NCBI RefSeq assembly: GCF_009914755.1 | Contig: NC_060933.1 | DNA length: 64,000 nt | Strand: one strand, 5' to 3' | Origin: the human T2T-CHM13v2.0 reference genome, Homo sapiens | Part shown: positions 42,705 through 57,100 of the stretch, in pieces | Layout: each line of letters starts with the position of its first letter | How positions within the stretch are numbered: the stretch's first letter is position 1 | Position numbers and translations under genes: made by a program | Notes under the pieces: generated by a model | What the model was told of the DNA's origin: nothing | Seen by the model: the letters and a program-made list of their open reading frames with translations, nothing else | Databases searched by the model: none

Positions 42705-44289
42705 CTAGGGAGGAAAAAAAAAAAGCAGAGATCAGGGGTCAAATTGCTGGACCATACAACGAATACCCAATAACTAAAAGGAATTCCAAAGTACAGCCTC
42801 GGTTTCCATAGATACTCTCCAGAATTCCACACTCTGAAGACCAACATAAACAACTTGGCAATAATCATAGCGCAGACAAGGATATAAATTACAGAGTTAA
42901 CATTTTCCAAGTAATATGTGAGTCAGACAGTTGCTAGGAGAGAAGGACAAGAGAGAGAATATGCTCTCAAATGGGATGTTCTAGTACCCCTAATTGACTC
43001 CTAGGTGATTCTTTGAGCTGCATGGTTCTGTGAAAGCTGCATATGGCTAAAGACTTTTAGCATTTGACATCCACGACCTCAAAGAATCACAGTCCAAGGC
43101 AGCATCAGCATCCAGTCCTGCTTCCGGGACAAATTCCCTTAAGAGGAATATTGGGCCAAGCCAGCATTAGCCCTATCATATGCAGAGGCAATTCTTCCTT
43201 TACAGTAGGGAGGAGTAAATGATCTTAAATATCTCATTTTCAGAGGCCTGAGGTCATCAAGAAGAAAAATCAGCTCTATCACAAAATAAAGAAGCCAAAA
43301 GACTGGGGGAGTTCAGAACCATGTTACTGACAGGCATTTGAAGTAGGCACCACGCTGGTCCCAGTGGCTGGCCCTCTCTACAGCACATACCTTTGTGCTG
43401 TAGAGATCACTTCGACATGCTGAGAGCTGGGCAGCTTTTGAGACCACTAACCATGAGGTCCCTGAAGCTGCTCAGGGAATGTCACTTAGAGTCACTTTAT
43501 ACACCTGTAGTTTAGAGATGATACAGGGGGTGTCCTGGGGTACCCATCCTGAGGTCAGGGAGCTCTCCTTCTGGAGGCATCCCGCCTGCTTGATGCCGGA
43601 GAGGAAATCAGAAGAGCAAATTTACCGTCCATTGAGCTCTTGCACCTCACTCTATCTCCTTTGTGTTATCCAGTAAGCCTCAGGTCCTGTGTTATCCATA
43701 TTCTTTGATGTAAATGCATAACCATAATAAGAGCTGGCATTTGCTGAGCGATTACTAAACGCCAAGTGCCGTTCAAACATTTCCATGTACTATCTTATGT
43801 AGTCCTCCCTACCACTCCACTTACAAATAAGAAGCCTGGGGCTCAGGATGTTAAACAGCTTGACTAAGGTCACTCTGCTGATAAACAGTGAAGCCAACCA
43901 TGCAGCAGGATTCTGGTGCATGGGCCCTTAACCTCTCAACTGTATGGCCTCCTGGCTGATCATTTGCTCTAAAATGCATATTCTTCTCGGTGAGCACTCC
44001 CTACTTTCTCAGGAGCTGAAAAACTGAATCATCAAATTAGTGGTTTCTAATCTAGAAACCACTGAGGGTGTCAAATCTCTGCAGTCTTCAAAAACAATAA
44101 TGGGAGTCTTATAAGAGTTTCAACATTATGGAAAGTCACACACACACAAAAACATATATTTACCCCTGACCAGGTTGCACAGACAAACTGAAAAAACAAG
44201 TCTTTTTGCTTCTGGCTAAAATTATATCAACTCATTTGAGGACCCTCGTTATTGCCTTCTAATTAGAAGTTATATAGCTATAACTGAAC

Positions 44290-44490
44290 AGTGGAAGACA
44301 CATTGATTATACCACTTACAAGTTATAAACCTTGTACAAGATGCTTAATCTCTCTGTGTCTCAGTTTCCTCGACTATAAAATGGGAACAGTAATCACATC
44401 CACCTCTTAGGGCCATTGCGAGGATTTAAAAAGTTAACAAATGTAATATACACAGTGCATGAAATGTGAAAATACTCAATAAAATGATTG
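44290..44490 (+). mobile_element. MIR (a second, reverse MIR lies at ~43720-43940)
   Basis: CTTAATCTCTCTGTGTCTCAGTTTCCTCGACTATAAAATGGG. Confidence 0.8.
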
Positions 44491-44836
44491 TTGGCCGATG
44501 CAGTTCTTATTATTTAATAGGTACAGTTTAATTGGTAGACCGCATCTTTCAATATATGTGCTTCATGGAGAAGAAGAATAAAAGAGGCCCCTGGTGGTTA
44601 AATTACTTTTCTAGAAATAAATAAATAGGATCATTTAGAACTAAGGTAAGAAAACAAATAGCAGCAAAATATCAATACTTACTGCAATTGTTTTGCAGAG
44701 GAGAATCACCAGTTATTTTGCTAATAAAGTCTGAAATATAAATATGTTTTCCAAATTCTCCTTGTTTGGCATTCTTTCAACTCCTCGGCCCTTTCTTGCC
44801 TAACTTGATCCTGCTTCTCCAACTTGTCTCTGACTC

Positions 44837-45034
44837 CAGGGGTGACAAGTCAGTTTCATTTTGTGTGCCCAGACCAGGGCTGTGAGGAGGATTCCAAAAC
44901 CAGGTGCAGGCTCTGAGAGAATGAGTGCCATGATGGATTGGCTATGTCTGCCATGCCACTATAGATTGGCGATGTCTGCCACGGAGGAGACAGGGAACAT
45001 GTAAGGCATGCCTGAAAGGTATTTGCCATCTGTG
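44837..45034. mobile_element. MER102-like hAT element
   Basis: CAGGGGTGACAA..GTTTCATT..GAGTGCCATGATGGATTGGCTATGTCTGCCATG..ATTTGCCATC, with a small internal duplication. Confidence 0.7.
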
Positions 45035-45364
45035 TCCTAAATAAGTTATTTACTCTAAATAAACTGGCCTCCTTATTGTCCTAAGAAATACACCTTGCAG
45101 TTTCAGATCAGTTTCTGTCATCCTTTTCCTCTTAGCCTAACCACACCCTACATTTGCCTTTCAGGCCTGGTGTATCTCAGTTACCCACTTCTACAAGGTG
45201 ATCTCTACACACTTTTCCAGAACAGCTCTTCTTCCCCAAAGGGAGAGTCATGAGGTATGCAGTCCTAGGAAAAATAAGCCAGCAATAATGTTTCAAGGAA
45301 TTACAGGAAATCATTTCTTCAAAGAGGGCCAAGTTCAACTTGTTAGTATTCATTAAACTGCTAA

Positions 45365-46030
<666 letters not shown>

Positions 46031-46371
46031 TCACTGCAATATTATATAAAATTACAAAATATTAGAAATAACATTAATGGCCATCATCAGGAAAATGGGT
46101 AAATAGACTGTGATCTGTTCATATTCTGGATGATTCTGCAGCAGTGTTTTCTATGAGGGAGATCTTTATGTGTAACATGGACAGATCTCTAAGGCATATT
46201 GTGGGATACAAAAAGTGAACTGAAAAATTTATCATTATACCTGCAATCAGTTCTCAAATTGTGCACTAAGTCACCCCAGAGAAACACAGCCACAGTAGAC
46301 ATCAGTCAGCGCCATGTGAATTATGAACTCAAAGGAGTACACAGTTCCAACATTAGATTGTGCTATATTCC

Positions 46372-46498
46372 TTTTTTTTTTTTTTTGGCAGGGCTTTCTA
46401 TGTTGCCCAGGCTGGTCTCAAAAGCCTGGGCTCAAGCAATCCTCCCACCTTGGTCTCCCAAAGTGCTAGGATTACAGGCATGAGCCACCACACCTGGC
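46372..46498 (-). mobile_element. Alu left monomer (FLAM_C-like)
   Basis: Monomer with TSD TGTGCTATATTCCTTTT. Confidence 0.9.
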
Positions 46499-47175
46499 TG
46501 TGCTATATTCCTTTTGATATTATATGTATATATGGTATCAAATATGTATATTTGATAAAATATATACATATATTTTGCAAAGCTTGGTTTCTAGCAGTTG
46601 CTGTGATAATAGGCAAGTACCACATAGAAATAGGTGTGCAACAAGCAATGAGCATGGTAGTGTGTCCAATATGATCCTAGGGGTGCCCAACCGGCACCCG
46701 TTATTAAGAAATTGTGGTTAAGAATGAAATGAAAATACTATTTTTTCTGCAATTTATATGTATAATGTCTTACATAACTACTAAAATTTTAGGACATAAC
46801 TACTTGCTTGGATCTAACTCTTATTAGATGAAACTGTTAGGTATTCTCCTGGCCTATGGAGGCCATGAAATAATCACTAAGATACTAAGAGACAGCCAGA
46901 AATTGGGAAAGTTTGGGAGGCTTTGAACTACTTTACCATATCTTTAATATGTTTTCTTTCAAAATAAAAAATATAAACATTATCATACATTCAAAAAATA
47001 TATATGTAAGCATCTAAATATATTTGTAAAGATCCGAAATGATACACAGTAAAATGAGACTAATGGAAGGATAATAGGAGAGGGAAACACACATTTAGGA
47101 GTGTTAACCAAAGAAAACCATGACTTCAGTATTTTCCGTGATGTTTTAACTTTAATTTTTTACATGTACTGGTGC

Positions 47176-47590
47176 AAGATACAGTTTGGCTGTGTGTCCC
47201 CAACCAAACCTCATGTTGAACCGTAATCCCCAATGTTGGAGGTGGGGCCTGATGGGGAGTGATTGGATCACAGGAGCAGATTTCTCATTAATGGTTTAGC
47301 ACCTTCCTCTTGGTGCTGTCCTTGTGATAGTGAGTTCTTGCAAGATCTGGTCATGTAAAAGTGTGTGGCACCTTCCTCCTCTCTCCTGCTCCTGCTCCCA
47401 CTGTGTGAGATGTCTGCTTGCCCTTTGCTGTCCACCATGACCGTAAGCTCCCTGATGCCTCCCCAGAAGCAGATGCTGGCACCATGGTTCCTGTACAGCC
47501 TTCAGAACCATGAGCCAACTAAACCTGTTTTCTTATAAATTACCCAGTCTCAGGTATTTCTTCATAGCAATGCAGGAACAGCCTAACACA
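47176..47590 (+). mobile_element. MSTB/MSTA MaLR LTR
   Basis: GATACAGTTTGGCTGTGTGTCCCC...AATTACCCAGTCTCAGGTATTTCTTCATAGCAATGCAGGAACAGCCTAACACA. Confidence 0.92.
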
Positions 47591-48009
47591 GTACATTACA
47601 CAAATAATTAAAAATCTACTTTTTAAAAAAAGACGGCTAATGTCTACTCAGAGGATGAAAGTAGATTTCATGTAAATTAGCCTGAATGAGTTCATACATG
47701 ATAGGCAGATATCAAACCCAGCTGAGCACACAGGGTTGACATTGTGGTCAGACCTAGGAGCCAGCAGGCCTAGATTCAAATCCCAGCCCTAACACTGACA
47801 AGCTGTGGACTTAGAGCGAGTTCCCTGGTTTCCTCACTTACAGCATCATGGAGAAGTTTAAATGGGTTAATTCATGAAGAAGGCCTTAAAACAGAGCTTG
47901 GTGCATCGTGAAGGCTCAATAAGCACTGGCTGTTACCATCTTTAGGCTCCATGAAAGAGACTTCTCACTTGGTACCATGGCAGTTTCCATGAGTCTAACT
48001 GTGTCCTTC

Positions 48010-48818
<809 letters not shown>

Positions 48819-49329
48819 TGAGGAGATTAATTATCTATACAATTGCAATACCAGCTGTTAGCCCTTTGCCTCTCTCCTCATCCCCTTCCTCTCTCTCCTC
48901 TCTTTTCTCATTCTTCCAATTAGAGTTATGAGTTGGCCAGTGAAGTGGAGTCTGGACTACACCAATAACTCCTGCTATTATTGGAGGTACAGATGGATTA
49001 CACTTGAGGGAAAAAATAACCACCATGATGTGGCATGCTTGGTAATTAGATATAAGTCTTAGAACATTTATTGCATTGCTATTTTCCTTTTGATTGCTAC
49101 TTGGAATATATGCTGTTCTGATATTTTTAAGTCTTTTTCCTTACTGGAAACTGAGTTTCCCTAAGAAAGGCAAAAAGGAGAACCTGGTAACAAAATATCT
49201 GAATTTGTGGCTAATTTACTGTAGCTGAAATCTTCTTTTCCTCAACTCTCATTTAGAATAAAATTTCCAAAGGCTATAAGAAAGCTAAGACCCCATCATT
49301 GATTCTACAAAATGAACTAGGGGAGTAAG

Positions 49330-49806
49330 ATGAACCAGTGGATTCACCCCTTAGTATGATTTGAAGGTACCAGGAAGGCATCTGCAGCAGATACTGTCAA
49401 GCCCCAGCAGCCTGACGCTTTTTAGGAAGGATGCCCTCAGTTTACTGGAGTCCACCACAGGGTAGAGAATTGAAACTTCCTACCCCACCTCACCCTCCAC
49501 AAACCAGGGTAGCTCTTAACTAATGACTATCAGATGTGGTAGTATAAATACCTCTGCTCCCTCACCCCTTGGATGGCACAACTCTAAGGCATGGCCTACA
49601 CTGATTCCAGAACTCCCCTATGAGATTGAGCCCAAAATACCCTCTACATGACTTTGCCCAGCATTACACACTTGCTTGGCCTCCTTCGCCTCCCTCCTGT
49701 AATCCTCTACTCCCCTACAAGTCTTTTCCTGGAAACACTTCCTAACAAATCACTTATACAGAAATTTTTATCTCAAGGTCTGCTTCTTCAAACCAGACCT
49801 AAAACA
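49330..49806 (+). mobile_element. LTR16-family (ERVL) LTR
   Basis: TATAAATACC box and the end CACTTCCTAACAAATCACTT...TCTCAAGGTCTGCTTCT..AAACCAGACCTAAAACA. Confidence 0.75.
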
Positions 49807-51005
49807 GCCTCCCTAACTCTCCACTAAAAGCTGTCTTCCATGGTGTTTAAAATCATTTCCCTGGGTATTTATTCCCTTTGCCTTAAGCTTAAACCCTGGA
49901 AACCTGCAAAGCCCCTGTGAAAGATCCCAGTTTGCAGAATTGTTGAAATCTACCTGACCACATTTCAAGACTTTTCTTAGAACAAATTTATTTTGGTTGA
50001 GAGCAGTTTCAAGAGAAAGAAGATGAGCTACACAAAGGGGGTGAAAAAGCAGAGAGATTCCTAACCCTATGTTTTGGTTTCCTTATCTGTGATCTTGGTG
50101 GAGATGGTGGGAGGCCGATTCCAGAACTCCTGAGTTTCCTTGTTCTAACAGTCCACAGTCTATGAACCTGAAGGATGAGGATATTGCCAATGAATGTTTC
50201 TTTCTTTTTAATTTTGCGAGGCACAACTGCACTTAGCCCTGAGAGATCATTTTCCTCTACCTTATCATACAAATGGTGCATATCTTTCATATATTCTCAT
50301 TTTGGCTTGGTTGGGGAAAAAGAAGGTGGGTATGGGGTGGTACTTTGTGACTAAGAAGATTGATTTTTAATTTGGCCACTGCTAAGACAAAAAAAATTGC
50401 ATCTAAAAGTAAACAATATAGCACTTAGTTATCTTCAAATGTTTGGCTTCTGTTGAAATCGATTCAGTGTATGATTACAGAATAAATTACGCACTTCTCT
50501 GTTTACTTTCTCAAAGCCCTTGGTACCCTAAGCCAGAGTAATTTGTAGCCCAGAGAAATATGTTAAATAACCCAGGGGGCTTTTAAAAAGAATGAATGCA
50601 CTTCCCCAGACAAGAGATTGTTTTTCACCTCAATAGTAACCAGATCCAAAATTTGAGCAATTCCCATGACGACCCTAAAAAGATGGCCTGATTTCTTGCA
50701 TCCACCTAGACAAAGCCCCAGAGTAACTTAGTCTCTGTGTTATCATGCAGCCAATTTATGTCATTCCTAGCCCCTCTGGCCTCTTCTGGGGAAAAAAGAA
50801 TGCCATCTGATGAATGTAGCCTTATCAGTGTTCCAGATTATAAGGCTATAGCGAGGCCTAGTTATTTACCTGCCAATAATCATGGTTTCCATTCCAGTTT
50901 CAAGAAGATCTATGACACAACAGCAACAACAACATCAACAAACCTGTAGATCACGAACGCTCAAAAATGTTTTTCCATTTGGAAATCAATCTATGTAAGA
51001 AAATC

Positions 51006-51315
<310 letters not shown>

Positions 51316-51524
51316 TCATTGTTTCACTGTAGTGTTTTCCACTCCTTTAGCCATGATGTTTTTGTATTCTAGGGTCTCAGGGATGGGCAAAAGAGAGATA
51401 ACAGCCAGAAGAAGAAACACTGCGCAAATCAGGGGAGGGGCCAGGAAGTCTTTAAAAAAAAGCATTTGTGTCCCTTCATCCATTAAGCAACCTCCATTCC
51501 CTTCCCTATTTTGGAAATTTTTAT

Positions 51525-51725
51525 TTTTTGTAAAGGACCAGATAGTAAATATTTTAAGCTTTGTGATCTACATGGATCTCTTTCACAACTACTCAACCCT
51601 GCTATTGGAGCATGAAAGCAGCTGCAGACAATATGTAAATGAACAGAATTAGCTGAGTTCCAATAAAACCTTATTTACAAAAACAGTTGGAAAGCCATCC
51701 TGACCCTTGCATGCCAGTCCCTACT
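51525..51725. mobile_element. MER58A-like
   Basis: TGTAAAGGACCAGATAGTAAATATTTTAAGCTTTG...TTCCAATAAAACCTTATTTACAAAAACAG. Confidence 0.8.
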
Positions 51726-52759
51726 CCCAAGAAATCTTTAATAGACACTCAAAAAAAAAATGATAGTTTGAAAATGCCATAGGATGTAAAAAAAAAACAT
51801 GTATTACTATTTATTTTAAAGTACGCTAGTAACTAAAATGCAATCATCTATGAAATGAAATTATGGAATTTTTTTCAAGCTTGTTACAGTGGAATTTACC
51901 ACCATGTAGCATTTGCTGTCATGCCACATAAATTTAACAACATTGCCACCAAATTGTTCTAAAGTCAAAGATCAGCTAGCCTCTAGATTCATGGGCCTTT
52001 TTTAAAATTTCCAACTTTTATTTTAAGTTCAAGGGTACATGTGCAGAATGTGCAGGATTGTTACATAGGTAATCATGTGACTTAGGTCTTTTAAACATCT
52101 TTAAAGCATGGAAGAGTAAAAAGACCAGTTACATAAATTGATAGTATGGTTAATTCATTTAAAAAAATTATATTGCATAAGTAGTATTAGTATCCTTATT
52201 TAATAGATGAAGAAATTGAGACACAGAGGGTGTAAGGAACCTGCTCAAAGTGGTACAACCAGCAGGTGGCAGAGATAGGATTTGCCCTGGTCTTCATGAT
52301 GCCAAAGCTTTTAGCACCTGAACAATTTCCTAAAATAGCAAAAGATAGTCATCATTTCCTGACTCAGTCCTTTGATCCTGCCTCCCTGCTTGGAACTGCA
52401 GCTCACTCCCTCTTATTGAGTCTATACCTATCCTTGCTCCCAGAATGTTTCTCTCTGCACATTCTTTTCTTTCTGCTCTGTCTGATCTTTGTCCATCTCC
52501 TTTGCTGGTTTTGAATCTCTTCCCAGGGCTTTGAAGTCATGAAAGACTTCACTGGCTCCCAAATCCCCATCTGTGGCCCAAACCTCCTCTTTAATCTTCA
52601 GACCTATATTGTCATCTATACACTAAACATCTCCACCTCAACTTCTCTCATGCATCCCAACTCAAAACGTTCAGAACTTATCACTTTTCCCCCAAAACCT
52701 GTTCTCTTTCCTGTACAACTTATTTGGTAAGTGGCTCCACCTATACTTGGAGCTCTAAG

Positions 52760-53096
52760 CAGCCGTGTAAGAAGTACAAACACCCTGCTGGAGAGGTCAT
52801 CTGGAAAGGGCCTGAAACTACATCAGAGGGAGAGGACCCCTGAGCCCTACCTTCCAGCCCTCTGCATCAAGGCACCAGGCATATGGATGAAGATGTCTTG
52901 GATCCTCCAGATCGGACTAGCTGCTAGCTAAACACCGCTGAGTGATCCAGTCAACACCATGTGGGGCAGAAGAATCTCCCAGCTGAGCCCTGCTCAAATC
53001 CCTGAGCCACAAAATGCTGTGATATAATAAAATTATGTTGTTTTGAGGCACAAACTTTTGGGAAGGCTCATTAAACAGCAATAGATAATGAGAACT
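52760..53096 (+). mobile_element. MLT1H-like LTR (preceded by MIR ~52190-52320 and L2 ~52370-52750)
   Basis: CAGAAGAATCTCCCAGCTGAGCCCTGCTCAAATCCCTGA...CAGCAATAGATAA. Confidence 0.75.
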
Positions 53097-56000
53097 ACTA
53101 GATCCTCATCATTAACCTCCACACATGTAACAGACAACTACTACTGAACCTTGAAGGAAATAAAATAGTCATTTTCTAACCTATACTGTTTTTATTTCTC
53201 CAAGTCATACATCATAGCCACATTCTAGTCTTCCCAGTTAGACTTAAAGATATTTTTAAGACTAATTTGAAACTTCCAAACCTGCTGGTCTCTAGTCAGC
53301 CCTGCTGTTCTTGCCTGCTGGAAGCCTCCAGTGAGTACTTTACTCTTCAACCACCACATTTAAACCTGTTTCCCTAACTGATTTCTACCCAGGCTGTCCC
53401 ACCACCAACACAGGAAAAACTTCTTACCTTGGATAGCTTCCTGATTTTTCCTGACTCAAACAAGGATAAAATGGCATTTTCCCAGCCCCTGCCTTCTGGC
53501 TCAAATGAGATAACCAGGTCATGTGTTTGCCCCTCCCCTTCCACTATAATGTGCACATCTCCGTTGGCTAAGTGACTTCTAGATGGCAACATTTTATCAA
53601 GCATCCATTTCCCTCCTCAGGAGAGGATATCAGATGTAAACAGAGTCAATTATGAGCCATCCTTTTAGTTAAAGACCAAGTACTGCTTTCTGCTGAAGCA
53701 ATCTGACAATTTCCCCAAATGCATCAGTGTTCATACCTTGAGCCACAATTGAAGCACTGACAATATATTCCATTTTCAAGTTATCACGATAGTACTGTCT
53801 TCCTTTTAACCTGAGTGTCAAAGTCCTTTCCCACAAAGCCAAGTTACTTGTACCTGTCTGCCCCTGACACACACACACAGACACCCAAGAAGTCTTGATC
53901 TTTAATACCTTTTGAAATGTAAACAAAAGAGGACTCATTGAGCAGACAAATTTGTGATCAGTGACTTGAGGCAGCAGCACAACCCTTTTCTTCAGGGCAG
54001 GGCTGCCCTAAATCTTAGGTACCACTCTTGCTCCTAGTGATGAGCAGCTGTGAAGTAATTATCCCGAGAAGCAGGAAGCAGCCTCTCAATGGCAGGAGCA
54101 GCTGGTGGGACATAATGCTGTCTGGCTTCCTGGCACCATCCCCAGAGTGAAACCTCCAATCACTGGGCCAGCTTTTATTCCATTCCACGTCCTCCCCAAG
54201 GTGCCTCTAGAAAAAGCAAATTGCTCTAACATAGACAAGGTCTTTTCCTGTTATTAATAAAACTTACTGATAGGCTCTCTAGTTCCTTCTGGCTACCAAC
54301 ATAAAAGCCTTGGGGCTGTAATTATATTAGGGTTGTGACGGTGGGGGATCAGGACTGAACATGACCTTGCATCCATGATTTCCAGCTCATCCTCCTATCA
54401 GAAAACCTATTAAATCCTCTAGCATCTGGTAGACATTAAGACACAATGGCCTATCATTGGGCACTTGAGGAGTGTACCCCAAAAGTGTGGATTTCCAAAG
54501 TAAATCCCGTGTATTTGGGTGTGAGTCAAAATCAGAAAAGTCAACAACACTGATGGAAATGGGTTAAACAGATAATTAGCAATTCCAAAGTTAAAACCAA
54601 AAGCATTTAGTACTACCTCCCTCCAGACCATAAAGCAGCATCCTACAACCCAGTCCTAGTGTAATTCTTCCTCTGGCTGAGCTGGGAGCTGGGGCACTCA
54701 GCTCTAAGGCATGGGGTGAGGGGAGACTTCCTTAGCTGGATTTGGGGAAATAAAAAGGGTAGAAGAACATAAGGGGAAAACCCAGGACAATGGACATCTA
54801 AAACCATAGCTATGGAAACTAGAGCTATGAAATCCAGCTAATTATTTCAAAACTTCATCTTTCCAAAGGGAAGTTACCCAAATACCTGAGCAGAAGTGGT
54901 AAAAAGAATATACTGGAGTAAAAAAAAAAAATCTAAACTTAAGCCAAGTACTACCTTCTTCTAGAATTACTTCTAGACTTATTGTCCCAGTTTTCTCTAT
55001 CAGTAAAATGGAGAGAATACCACCCACTTTTTCCCTAATCTTAGGCAACTAAGATTATACAAGTTTCTTAGAAGATGAATGTTGTAGAAACTGAGGAGAT
55101 TTTTTACTGGCCAGTATTCAACCTATCCTTCCCTATATCAAATTAAAAAATAATAATGGAAATGCTGGGCCCTGGACATCAAAATAGCAAAAGATAGTCA
55201 TCATTTCCTGACTCAGTGTTTCCCATTTCCAGAGCATCTGGGGCATGAGACATCTTGCCAAACATATGGTGTTCCAAATGCAATCGTGCTAAATATTTAA
55301 TATTCAACAATGGTTTACTGTAAATCGAGTTGTAGGCAAACCACCAGCCCCCAAGGCAAAGGTAACTTTCACTTCAGCTTCTCTAACTCACTTGATTTTC
55401 TCATTTAATTAGCTTTCTATCCAAATAATTCATCAGTTTTACTTGCCATTCAGAAAAATACAGGAGCTGGTGAAAAAAAAAAATGTTGGTCAATTAATAT
55501 CTGTTTAAAATGTCCATACCAGCATGTCTCTGTTTATGTCTTGGAGTCCATTTTTCTAATTATCCAAGGCCCATTTTCCGCCTTCTCTCTCCAATGATCT
55601 TAATAGTAGTGCCCCCTGCCTTTAAAAGATGTTCTTATAAACATTTCTAGGTTTTAGAGGTACTAATCATGAGTGTGTTTCCTCATGTCTCACCTGGACC
55701 TAGCCAATGCATAATAATTGTAAGAATAATAATAACAACCAAGAGTGAAAATAACACATACCAGATACTCAAGGTGTACCATGTGCTAAGCATTGATATA
55801 CCTTATCTTTCATTCTCATATCAACCCTACAGGTTGGTATTGTTATTTGCTTTATCCATCAGGACAGAGACTCAGAGAGGCTGCATAGCTTGGTCAAGAT
55901 CACACAGCTTACTAATCAGGAGAGATGGGATTTTTAATTCATATCTTTCTGAGTCCAAAGTCCTTGCAGTTGTGCACAGCAACTACCCTGCAACCCAAGT

Positions 56001-56244
56001 GAAAGCTACACTCACATCGTATCCTCAAAATCAAAAGGCTATAACAGCTGTATAATGCAGAGAGAAGTATTCAGAAACACCTCTGAGCAATTTAGTGGCT
56101 ACATGAGATAAGACAGTTTTGTTTTGAGGGTGGCCCCCATCCTTTCCTTTACTCTACTACCCAAGTCTGGGCATTAAAAGTTACGTTAAATAGAGTCAAA
56201 ATATAAAGAACAATAAACAACCTAAAGACTTCTCTTTTATAACT

Positions 56245-57100
56245 TTAGTTTAAAATTTTAATAATTTTAGACTTATGAAAAAAGTTGCAAAAATGATAAA
56301 GTATAACCTTCACTCATCTTCCCCTAATGTTAGCATCCTGTGTAATCACAGTACAACTATCAAAATGAGAAGCCAATATTAGCCAATTTAGTTAATGCTA
56401 TTCTACCATAGCATTAACTAAACTACAGACTTTCTGTGTTCACCCAGTTTTCCCACTACTATACTTGTCTATGTTTCAGGATCCCACATTGCCTTGAGTT
56501 GACGTGTCTCTCCAATCTCTGACTGTGAATCCAGTCTGTCCTTGTCTTTCATGACCTCACACTTTTGAAGGTCAGTTATTTTGGAGAATGTTCCTCACAT
56601 TGAATTTGCCTGATGTTTTCTCAATATTTGATTAAGGTTATGCATTATTGGGAAGAATGCCACAGAGATGATGTGTACTTCTCAGTGCATGGTATCAGGA
56701 GGTACCTGATGTTAACATGTGTTTTTACTGGTGATGTTAATCTTGGTATCTTGGTTAAAGTGCTATCTGTCATGTTTCTCCACTATAGAGTTATTATTTT
56801 TCCCTTTGTAATCAAAAAAATGCCTTGGAAAGGAGGGGTTACTTTGCAAATTTCCTGTTTCTCCTTAAACTTTTGCACACTAATTTTAGCTCTTGCCTGC
56901 AATAATTATTATTGTGTATGGTGATTTTCTATTTCCCTCATTCCTTCTACATTTATTAATTAAAATTCTTCTGTATGGAAGAGCTGACCCAAGTTTTCCC
57001 TTTATTTTTTGTTTAATTAATTATTTATATTAGGATGGACTCATGGATATTTATTTCATTCTATGGGTTATAATCCAATACTATTGTTATTTTGTGACAC
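56245..57100 (-). mobile_element. L1MC-type 3' fragment
   Basis: TAATTTTAGACTTATGAAAAAGTTGCAAAAA...ACTGGTGATGTTAATCTTG resembles the reverse L1MC 3'UTR. Confidence 0.75.
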
